The translations under genes were made by a program, and so were the position numbers. A DNA stretch of 63,846 bases, the filler included, from Licmophora abbreviata (taxonomy: Eukaryota), in NCBI GenBank assembly GCA_900291995.1. It is 17 parts of 17 records of this genome, joined end to end, with 100 filler letters (N's around TTAATTAATTAA, not from the genome) between each part and the next. Parts side by side here need not be neighbours in the genome. Positions count along the whole stretch, not along the records: positions 20,135 to 25,311 come from OLMU01004780.1; positions 25,412 to 26,414 come from OLMU01004781.1; positions 26,515 to 29,331 come from OLMU01004782.1; positions 29,432 to 39,025 come from OLMU01004783.1; 13 more parts are not named here. One strand, given 5' to 3'. Below are positions 22,705 to 33,100 of this stretch, piece by piece. The notes under the pieces were generated by a model. It made no database searches, had not been told where the DNA came from, and worked only from the letters and a program-made list of their open reading frames with translations. The first letter of the stretch is position 1. Every line of letters begins with the position of its first letter.

Positions 22705-23067
22705 TGTCTTGGTGCAGCTGGAATTATAATAACGATATATGGTGCTCTACCATGGTGGAGTGGGCCTGAACCGGCATGGCGCGCGAAACTTCCGTTGACG
22801 GATTTACTTATGGCCATACCGCTGTCGCGACACTTCTTCGCTCACAAGATTTTTCAAATCAAGATTCGAAACGCGTTGATGTGTCATCGTGGGACGTCGA
22901 ACTGAAGACACAGCAGTGACAGTGTCATGCTAAGGCCAAAGAAGTATGGATCATTATATGCTGCCATACTACTTGTTGGTTCACCGATTGCGACCTGCAC
23001 TGGCGGCGCCTTACTTCACATGTTCCGAAGAGGCAGCGAAGCAACGGGCGTTTCATCTTCTTCATCA

Positions 23068-23655
23068 TTATGGTTCTTGGTCGACGCCTATTCGTCTTTT
23101 TGTCCTAAGCTGTTCGCGGAAGAGCTCTACTGCTTGTTCAGCATCCTTTCGCGTCAGTCCCACGGCACTGTCAGTCTTGACGACATGCCCTACAAAGTGC
23201 GATCGATGTTTCGCGTTATTTCCACCCCCCTCCAGCAGTTCTTCATCGTCCAGTGCCACCCAAGCACAAGTCGTCCGTGTACAGAGCAGCCACTCGAAAA
23301 TCTCCCATTGCCGTTCAGTGTGGTTCGTGACACTGGTCGTGTCGTAGAATTGTTCATATCGTCGTGAGGTCCCAAGCGGCCCGCCATGACGCCGACCGTA
23401 GTCTTGAAATTGCTGGAGAATATCATTGCAAAAGTCAGATCGAACACGCCATGTGGAGGATAGAACCAAGACGGCAGTTGAAACTTTCTCCAAAATGAAC
23501 GAGAGTGCATCGAGAGTTTCTTTGGGAAAGCGTGATGAAGATGAGGACTTGCTGTGGTCGTCGTTGCCTCCGCCAAACGGAAGTAGAACCCCGTCGATAT
23601 CCAGAAAAATCACGTCCACCTCAGTATCAGCGTCAGCATCATTCAGTGGTGACAT
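23068..23655 (-). CDS. HAD-superfamily protein, Swiss-army-knife RNA-repair-like (HAD_SAK_2) type
   Basis: VIFLDIDGVL, LVLSSTWR, RQWEIFEWL, WVALDDE, T..AVGLT. First ATG at 23655. Confidence 0.8.
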   Translation of the reverse strand: MSPLNDADADTEVDVIFLDIDGVLLPFGGGNDDHSKSSSSSRFPKETLDALSFILEKVSTAVLVLSSTWRVRSDFCNDILQQFQDYGRRHGGPLGTSRRYEQFYDTTSVTNHTERQWEIFEWLLCTRTTCAWVALDDEELLEGGGNNAKHRSHFVGHVVKTDSAVGLTRKDAEQAVELFREQLRTKRRIGVDQEP

Positions 23656-24132
23656 GAAAGTTTGAGAGAGTCCACAAGAACGATTGAAAACATTCAAAGA
23701 ACTGCCAGTACAGCCACCGCAACGAGAGGTCGCCGCCGCCCATCATGCTGTGTTGCAAGAGGAATGCGCGCGCGCCGGTCGAGCGAATCACACCAGGGCT
23801 CATCAGCCCGTCGTATCATAGGCTACACCGCGATTTCTCAACATCTCGGATCGTTGCTGTGCATGAGACGATGGAGTCAGTCTAGGGACTCCGCTAGGTA
23901 GCCTCAGACGTTCTTATCGATCGATCCTCCTCTCTACACTGCATGTAATGACAACGAACGCAAACCCGAGAATCAAGACGGCGTCTGTCGCCATACCGGG
24001 GTACAGACCGAATTCGAAACGCGCGCGCGAGAAAGATCTCAGATACATGTCCACACTTCAGATTCACGATACCACACCCTCATTGATATCATATTGCTGT
24101 TGCATCTCACAACTACAAATCCATCCAGAGTG

Positions 24133-27100
24133 ATGGTCGAATACGACCGAATCGCCCAGGATGACGAAAACGACAGCCTGCACTTCGATGAGCAATCGCC
24201 AGTCCAAACAGCTTCACTGGAACCACTCGAACTCGAACAAGACGGGCTCCATCAATGCCCGCCGACGCGAAAGAGAAGGATCACAGAGCCGGTATGGCTA
24301 CTTTCAGTCGCAATTACGTTCTTCCTAGTACTCCCGGCACTGACTTCGGCAATCTACCTTGTTTTTAGCTTGATTGGTCGGATATGGCCTTCTTCGCTCT
24401 TCTCGCTTCACTTGACACTGGCACTTTGGGCAGCTCGCGATCGGATACCCACCGAGGCGGAAGATGGATCTTTGCAATACTTCAGCGTTCTAAGACGACA
24501 CATGCCACCACTGATAGATGCCGCTCTCTTTAGATTTGTCTATGTCGTCTTCTTTGACGGTCTGGTGGAAGATCATTTCACGGATATCGACGGAACGCCA
24601 GTCATCGAATGGCAAACCTACCGCCAGCGAGCACTTGGCATTCAGACCGCAGGTTCGATCATTTCAGCAGGTCGTATTGTGCAAGAAGCCACATCTTTTT
24701 GTCTGTATTGCTATCACCAACTTAGTGGTCACAATCGGGTGGACGACCGTCGACTGCTCGTACCGAGCCTCTTGTCTTCGATTTTGGTCAAACTCGGGTC
24801 TCGTGGCGATATTATCGTGTCGGAACGACGACGCATTTATCTTTGCTCGTCGATACGCCGCATGTTTGCAATACTGTCATTGATTTCGCTAGGAATATTT
24901 GTTTGGTGCATCGAATCCATGTTGGTCCACTGTGTGTCCTGGCCAGCTCCGGTACAAACGAGCGCTTTCTGTGATGCGCTGGACACAACGGAATGTTTCC
25001 TCCCGTTTCCATCCTTTCATCACATGGTACGCGACTCATCTTCCCATACTGGATGGCGGGTAAATCTACGTGGGGATGTCATGCCACCACTCAAAGGGGG
25101 ATTGGAAATGCATCCCAGCTTTCTCAATGAGCTGGATGGCTTCAGTACAATGGCTCCCCTCATGTTTTACATGGAAGGTATGAAGGAGGCGGATGCGGTT
25201 GGACGCAGTGACATACGACTGCAAGGAGCGCAGAATATTGCTCTGTCGGTAACTGATCGCTCTATTACGTTGCTGGTCGACGTAAAAGCACAGACGCTGG
25301 TACCCCACACGNNNNNNNNNNNNNNNNNNNNNNNNNNNNNNNNNNNNNNNNNNNNTTAATTAATTAANNNNNNNNNNNNNNNNNNNNNNNNNNNNNNNNN
25401 NNNNNNNNNNNTGGTACCCCACACGGCTGAGATTGATCACATTGATCCCAAGCGGCCCTTGGTGCTTGTCTTTCCGGCGCAACCCTTGAGTCACAATAGG
25501 CACTATGCTCTAGCAGTCGTACATGCAACTGATCTCCATGGAATTCGTCTACCGCCTACCAAAGGGTTGCAGTCCCTCGGACTGGTCCATGATGGGCGCA
25601 TGAAGGATGAAAATGATCGACGATCGCGCTACAAGACTGACGTTGTTCCATCGTTGTTGAAGGCTGCGCCATGGCTTGACTATGGCAACGATCCAGACTT
25701 GCTGCAGATGCTGTTTGACTTTCAGACTGTTAGCGAAGAATCACAGCTAGGGCCGATTAGATCTGTACGAGACGGGACGCTTGAGTACATAGAAAGCTCC
25801 AGGTGGGGTAAATGGGAAGACCGTGTCCGCGTTGTTCAACAGAACGACAGGGGTTGCTGGAATCGCGATCGACCACTGGCTCGAACCATCCACGGAGAAC
25901 TCGATGTCCCGTGGTTCCTTGAAGAATTTGGTGCTGGACAGAGAGGTGCCTTTCTGGACGCTTCTGCTGTCTCAAAGAAGGAACCAGTCTCAGTTGGGAA
26001 GGTGAAGTTTATTGTTCATATCCCATGTTCGGTACGTGATGCGGCAATCCAGAGTGACCATGGCATGCCCTTGAGCTGCATTCTAGAGTACGGCCACGCT
26101 CTCTTCGCCAGTAGAAGAGGGGCTGGCCGTACGAGCCTCGTACGGTGAGTCTGCATTGTCGTGAATCTAAAAACTGCAGTTCCACTGTTGCTAATTCTGT
26201 ACTCTTGATAGACTCGCCGACGAAAAGGGCTGTATTATCGTGGCGATGGACTGGAGGGGCATGTCACATTACGATCTTCTTGTTGTGGCGGAAACTCTTA
26301 TGTCCAAACCAAGAAATTTTCAGTTCGTTCGCGACAATCTCATCCAAGGCTACGCCAGCAAATTGGCACTTCATCATTTTGCCCGGAACGGTATGCTCGA
26401 TTTACCGTGGTGCANNNNNNNNNNNNNNNNNNNNNNNNNNNNNNNNNNNNNNNNNNNNTTAATTAATTAANNNNNNNNNNNNNNNNNNNNNNNNNNNNNN
26501 NNNNNNNNNNNNNNAGCCATCGCATTCGTTCTACGGTGTTTCGCAAGGCGGCATACTCGGCGCTGGGTACACTGCCTTGTCGGGTGCCACTGGATTGATA
26601 GATCGAGCGGCCCTTGGGTCGCCCGGTACTCCATTCGCGCTTATCTTGACAAGATCCGTAGCGTTTCGCTCCTACGATTCTATCTTGCTTCTTAACTTCT
26701 ACAACAATAGACATGTTCGGGTCGTACTCGCTCTCGTCCAGATGGCATGGGACTCGACCGAAGGCTCCGGCTTACTGGCGACTCCTATTACGGAGCCGGT
26801 CCCACCGACGCTCATACAGGCGGGACTAGGTGATGCCACAGTACCTACTATTGCAGCCGAAGCCTTAGCACGAGCATTCGGTGCATCTGTCTTGGAACAT
26901 AACCCTCGAACGAACATCTATGGCATCCCCGTCGGCAACGGCGCCAATGTCACATACGATGGCCCGAGGGCCGCTCTGACGGAGCTGCTGTACAAACATG
27001 AATATCAAAATCTTCCTATCGGCGATGAACTGCCACCGGGAAATAATGCACACAGCTGCGTCAGACAGGATCCTCATCTCATTCAGCAGCTTGCAGAGTT

Positions 27101-27182
27101 TATTTCAACTGGCCGGGTCATTGACCCATGCTTAGTCGACGGATGTGTTCGCCAACGTGTTCACTGCGGACAGGCCTATTGA
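24133..27182 (+). CDS. Multi-pass membrane protein fused to a bacterial-like alpha/beta-hydrolase
   Basis: N-terminal hydrophobic helices, then CDALDTTECFLPFPS...LNELDGFST, EYGHALF, AMDWRGM and nucleophile elbow FYGVSQGG (about 26531-26554). Intron 26145-26211. The 25312 gap closes in frame through a 14-nt overlap; the 26415 gap is unclosed. Confidence 0.75.
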
Positions 27183-27550
27183 TTTCTCTCGAGGGGCTCT
27201 CTTTCTTTATATTGATGATTAAAATTGAGCGTCTCTCTAGTAACTTTAAAGTATTAGTTAACAGTTGTAGGGTGGCCTCGTTGGTCTCTTTAGGTGGAAG
27301 AACGGAAGAACATATCGAGCTCGCCCTAATCATTGCAATGATGTTTCCCTGGGCAAATGGATGATAAAAGGATAGAGTTCAGGGTTTCTCTCATTTATGA
27401 GTTGCGTATAGTCAGTACTGAAATGTATGTATGTACATCTCTCATAGAAACCCTACCTGACCGAGTCAGGAATCTTTGAATCAGGGAATTTTAGTGTCCA
27501 GCTTGTCTAATGACTTTTTGACGGAGGCATCACAAACAAACTGAGATACA

Positions 27551-28140
27551 ATGGTGAGCATGGCGCGGCGTCTGTTTCGGGCAGAATTGCTTCATCACTG
27601 AAGAAGAAGTTTGCCAGGAGCAGAACTTGGATGGCTTGGAGTGCTTCATAGGAAAACCTCGCGACATGGGGGCAGGAAAGAGTCAGAAATGGGCGCCATC
27701 GACCACCGGTCGCGGGTGGTCTCTGCTGGCATTGCCGAGGCCCATAACCTGATTTGTTGGCTCTAGTGCTGCTTTTTTCAGATGACACGCGGACGTTCCA
27801 GGAGAAATAGGTTGCATTCACGCTCCCAAATTGTTGTCTCCGACGCACACATGGGTGGACATGTATCCCCTGCAGGCTGTGGCCCTCACTCACAGGTTAT
27901 GTCTTTGACTCTTTTCTCTCTCTGACTTTTTAGGCTACTAGTAGACGCGCAGCTTCACGAAGCGCCGCCTCGAGCGGTGGCACAGGAGGACGTCCCGCAG
28001 GAGGCGGTTCCAATATCTTGCAGTTTTACACGGACGATAGCCCTGGATTGCAGGTAGGACCCACGACTGTGTTGGTGGCATCGTTGAGCTTTGTAGGTGT
28101 CGTGGTGCTACTTCACATTTGGGGAAAGTTCCGCATGTAA
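27551..28140 (+). CDS. SEC61B: Protein translocon subunit Sec61 beta
   Basis: Not in the ORF track. Exon 27934-28140 reads [10 protein letters not shown]...[42 protein letters not shown]. Probable first exon is ATG 27551-27553 followed by donor GTGAGC. Confidence 0.93.
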
Positions 28141-28568
28141 AGGAAAGACGTACGGAGTGGTTAGAGAGCGTTTGCCTACCAACATAATGTTATGGTTACT
28201 GGTACTGCGTACTGCCTCAATAGGTTACGTAGTTGTGGGAAACCTGGACGGTTGGAGCGCCTAAAGTTATCTTCCTTGCGGGCTATGGTTGATCGACGAG
28301 AAATAAGGTAGAGGAAGCTCCTCGACCTCTCTGGCGTGTCAAAGGCACAAGACTATGAGATAGGACCAACGTCAATGTTAGAACACATCCCGACGTAGAA
28401 GACGGAGTTTGGAGCCTGGGTTCTAATTCTAGCTCAGACCCCCCAGAGCATCAAGAAGCACACACGCCGTCGCGCGAGCAAGTGATAAACGCGCGACGCT
28501 CGTCGTCGTCGCTCCGTTGAACGACCACCGCACAAATTTCGAATTCGAAGGATCCTCCATCCATCACC

Positions 28569-29860
28569 ATGAGCAACAATAACGCCCCACCGCCGCCGTT
28601 TCGTCCGAGTAAATCGGACACCGTTCATTTCGACCCCACCTCTATCTCTCTTCCTCCCAAGTGGTCGCTTACTGATTGGTCAGAACTCAAGGGATGAGCC
28701 TGCAAAGTCCCCCAAGAAGATCTTCAATTGATGCTTCAAGATCTAAATTTGGGGGACGGCGGGAATCTTGGAACGGCAGGTGGCAAGATTGCTCTGGACT
28801 GCAGTGTTCGAAAGACTAGGCAAGGACACTATGTCATCAGCACCACCGATTTCTTTTTTCCGCTTGTGGACTCGCCGTATCTGCAAGGCTGGATTGGTGC
28901 GGCCAATGTACTGTCGGACCTATACGCCGAAGGCGTAGAATACTGCGACTTCGTCTTGATGTTGTTAGCATCTTGCCGGGATATGCCGGATGACGAGCGG
29001 CGCATATCGACGCAAGAAATGGTACGAGGCTTTCACGATGCCTGTCGACACGCAGAAGCGCCCGTCACGGGTGGGCAGACAGTACTCAATCCATGGCCCA
29101 TTATTGGCGGCGTCGCGACATCTATTGTGGCAAAGGGGGAGTACGTGCCTTCCGATGGAGCGCAAGTGAACGACGTTGTGGTCCTGACAAAGCCACTCGG
29201 GACACAGGTTGCCGTCAATGTGCATCAGTGGAGGCAGCAGCAGAATCGTCTTTGGAAAAAGTGTCTTGAGGAGACCACCGTATCGGATGAAATCGCGGAG
29301 GACATGATGCATGAGGCTGTATGTTCCATGGNNNNNNNNNNNNNNNNNNNNNNNNNNNNNNNNNNNNNNNNNNNNTTAATTAATTAANNNNNNNNNNNNN
29401 NNNNNNNNNNNNNNNNNNNNNNNNNNNNNNNGAAATCGCGGAGGACATGATGCATGAGGCTGTATGTTCCATGGCACGTCTCAACCGGAACGCGGGTCGA
29501 CTCATGGTGAAACATGGCGCGCATGCTGGGACGGATGTGACAGGATTTGGAATTCTTGGACACGCGCAGAATTTGGCGGACAATCAATTGGTCGAGGTGG
29601 GAATCGATCTTCATACTCTGCCCTGTTTGAAGGGAAGCATGGAGGTCGATGCCATGGTTCACAACTTTCGATTGAAGGCAGGGTATTCAGCAGAGACGTC
29701 TGGCGGTCTTATGATTTGTATGCCTAAGGAAAACGCAGAAGCATATTGCAACGAGCTTTATGCCTTGGATGGCAGCCCGGCTTGGATAATTGGTCGCGTC
29801 GTTTCATGTCAAGAGCGGAAGGCAAGAATATTGGATGAGGTCGTGATTCTAGAGATATGA
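28569..29860 (+). CDS. SEPHS2: Selenophosphate synthetase 2, a selenoprotein with Sec at codon 43
   Basis: ATG 28569 reads ...LTDWSELKG-TGA(28695-28697)-ACKVPQ..., in frame with TTDFFFPLVD, ANVLSDLYA, GGQTVLNPW, LTKPLGT, TDVTGFGILGH and AETSGGL. The 29332 gap closes through a 43-nt overlap, giving 382 aa. Confidence 0.96.
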
Positions 29861-29894
29861 CGAACTTCAGAGAATACTAATTCTACGGCAGTGG

Positions 29895-29975
29895 GACCAG
29901 GAGCTGCGGAATGACGGGGTGCTTGCAAAACCCACTGGTGGAACCTACAGTACCCTTGACATGCAGCGTCTGGTT
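29895..29975 (+). promoter_or_regulatory. Eukaryotic SECIS element in the SPS2 3'UTR
   Basis: Helix I GCTGCG/TGCAGC (extended by GACCAG/CTGGTT). Core ATGAC 29911-29915 opposite TGAC 29957-29960. Helix II GGGGTGCT/AGTACCCT. Unpaired AAAA 29927-29930 and a small apical stem CCA/TGG (type II-like). Confidence 0.92.
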
Positions 29976-30191
29976 GGACATCAAGGATCGGAGTTCCCGC
30001 ACGGGATTGCATCATTCCACTTGAAGTCCTCACCGCTACGTATTTGCCTGTTAACCGACGTCCACACCCTCGGCACTACATACTCCAATGAACGGGACAT
30101 ACTGCAGTTGCCTTGGCCGACTAGAATTTCATTTACTTGTTACATATACTACCCTTTCCCCCTTTTCGCAGCACGGCGGCATACGACGCCG

Positions 30192-33100
30192 TCATGTCTT
30201 CAGTTTCTTTGCTAGAGAAGCCTCCTCTACAGCACCTTCAACTAGTCCTGATCGTTTTCCCGGAGAGAGAACCTGCGCCTCTTCATCGTCAACGGTCGGC
30301 TCCATGCCATCCTCGTCCAGGACGATCACCGTCGCCTCCTTCTGTTTGGTCGCACGTTTGAAGAATGAGTCGATACCTGGTTGTGCAGCTGGCACATGTG
30401 CGGGTTTCGTCGGGGCTGAGGCCGTCGTGTCCATGCCTTCACCCGAGCGGTCTGCAACGCTTGATGGTCCGTGAGAGCGGACCCTTTCTTCTAGTAGGCG
30501 AATCGCATCCGTAGAGTCATCAATTCCTTGGAGCTCGCGAGTAAGTTGGTTGGCGCGCTCTTGCGCTCCTGCCTTCGTAAGATTTGTGGACGACACAGGC
30601 GTGTTGCTTTCCGAATTTTCCTGCGGAAGAAATAAGGATGCACAAGAGGGTAAGCGAAGAAGCTACCACAACGTCGCAACAACAAAATGTCCGTACTCCT
30701 ACCACAGAAGAGTCGACAGAGGGCTGCATCGTGGCAAACACCTCGTCGAGTCCACTATATCCCCCCTCTATCAAGCTCACGAGCAACTGATAATCATTAC
30801 TGGCTCCCGTTTGCCACCAGCATGGTTGCCGGGTCCACATTTCACCGGTTGAGCGGCAGGTTTTTACGGCCTTCTGGACAGCAGCTCTTGCGCCTTCCTC
30901 GTCATGTTTCACAAAAATTGATCGCAGTCTGGTCTGTTGGGCGGTCTGAGCGAAAACAGCCCGGCAAGCCTTTTTGTCAAGGAGACCGCCCACACCAATT
31001 TTGTTGTCGTTCGTGTATTGCGGGCTGTCGTGCACAAACGTCGAGGTGGTGTATGGATGAGGTCGCCCAGTGTGGTCTGTGATCTCGAATGACCGCGCCC
31101 AGCGACTGAGCTCCTTTCCGAGCCACGACAGCACGATTGGACCAAGTCCATTCTCAGATTTGTTCATACTCTGCAACTTCTTCAAACTAGCCCCTCGCTT
31201 AGATTCAACAGACCCCATGCGGCGCCGTAGAGTCTCCATGAGCATGATCACTTTCTTGGCAAACGCAAGCGGATTCGTCGCGCACTCTTCGGCTAGTCCT
31301 AACGTATGACACTTGAACCTCTCGTCAATCTCGGCGAGTGCAATCTGCTCTAAAGCCTTCTGCTGGCTAGAAGAATCCTCCCGCTCCGTGTCTTGACCAA
31401 ATTTCTTGTCGTATTCACTACAAGTGTCCTCTAGCTTCTTTAGCGCAACCTGGTGCCAGAGTTGCGAGGCAGACGTGAAGACCATAGCTAGACCATACCA
31501 TGTTAAAGCATGGGAATGGCCAGGCCCTTGCAGTTCGGCATCGGCACTTTCGCTCTCGGCAATTAGGTCACCCCAGTGTTCCGTCCAGACCGGAATCCCC
31601 TGAGAGCAGATGACGCTGAGCAACAGCACCTCCGTAGAATCCAGCTCAAGGTCAGATGTAGCACCGGCCGAGAACTTTCGATCCGTTTTCCTTTCGGTAA
31701 TAACCTTTGCCGACGCACGTGATATCGCTTTCTCGGCGAAAGCGCCCGTTTCTCTTCTCTTCTTTTGTTGGGCGCTGGTGCTCTGACTGGACACGGTTGG
31801 GCCGTTGGTACGGACAAGCTCGAGCTCAGTCGTTCCTGCAGGTGGGAAGAGCCCCTCGTTTGTCTTGGAGGCAATCGGTGGCAATCCAAGTAGAACTCGA
31901 AGGACATTTTTTGACGTCCTCGGGCTCGACTTCATGCTCCTTGCAACAAGCTTGAGGTGATCGGCGATCTTGGTCATATCAGCTCCTGCTGAACCATCTA
32001 GACCTGTCGACACTTGAGATAGAATAGCGTCCCGCCTGTGCTCAGCTTCCCTCACCGCGTCGGCGCAAAGCTTTGCGCCGAGATTTCTGGCCTTAGCACT
32101 CTTCGTGAAAGAAGATTTCGACAGAGTCCTAATCATCTCTGAAAGAAAAATGTTGCAGGGATCAGTCTGGTCGAGCACGACGAACCCGTAGTCCACAGTA
32201 GGTTCAGCGTCCAGTGCCGCCTTCGCTTTAACGACGTCAGGGCAGCGGCACAACACACTCTTCGCTCGCTTGAGCAGATCCTTCTTGGAGGGCAAATCCG
32301 CCATCTCATTCTGGCATTGATCGGACTTCTCCTTGGAACTGGATTGATCGCCGTTGGGAACCTGACTCAGAATAGTCTCATCGACCATCCATTCCGATTC
32401 ATTGGAAATCTTTCGCAGCCCATACCCATTGACGAGAAGATTCTGGTTTAATGCTTTCAACTCCTCCAGCAAGTCAGATTCAACGTTTAAGAACTCGGCG
32501 ACTCGATCGGCAGTTTCCCGTAAGCGTCCAGTGTTCACCTTTGGTTTGTTTGTCGGGCCCGATTCGTCGAACGGAACTCCCCATCGAATGGAAGGGTCAT
32601 CCATTATGGCATGGCAGACCCTATCCTGTTCGATCCAGCCATGCTCGGTGATGGCCTGGACGAGAACCGCATCATGCAAGGGAGTCCAGGATGGATGTGG
32701 CAAGGCCATGCGCTTGTCAGGCGACAAAAGCTTCGCGAGACGGATTGTCTGGCTAGATCTTCCCTCGCTAGTTGTCGAGTTTCGAACAGCAGTATGAGCA
32801 TTCTTCAAAAAGCTACAGATTGAGAGCGTCCTTCGAGCCAGCACGATGCTTCTAGGCTGAGCTCGGTCGACCAAGAGCTGCAGTGGGGCAAACATGTCAA
32901 GGAAAAGGCCCAGAGATTCGGCTGATACAGAGCTCATCTTCAACACACCCACCGCCTTTGCCGCTTCTGCGAGCTTCTCGGATTCGTCAGTCTCGGCACT
33001 CTTTATATTCTCAACAATACTTTTGAGCTCAGGATGTATGTCAGGTACAGCGTGTAAAACGGCCTGTGGCGATCGATACTAAGGAAGCAATGTAGCGCAT

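Noticed and set aside
27440..27760. Possible TPP riboswitch (CTGAGA and ACCTGAT fragments)
   Set aside because: The fragments are about 200 nt apart, the remaining conserved core is absent, and Sec61beta is not a thiamine gene.
28695..28697. SPS as a pseudogene with a premature stop
   Set aside because: The TGA is at the conserved Sec position and a SECIS is present downstream.
28698..28740. Stem-loop recoding element immediately 3' of the Sec codon
   Set aside because: No convincing hairpin could be paired by eye.
29432..29474. Direct repeats flanking gaps as tandem duplications or target-site duplications
   Set aside because: They are unmerged contig overlaps, and collapsing them restores reading frames.
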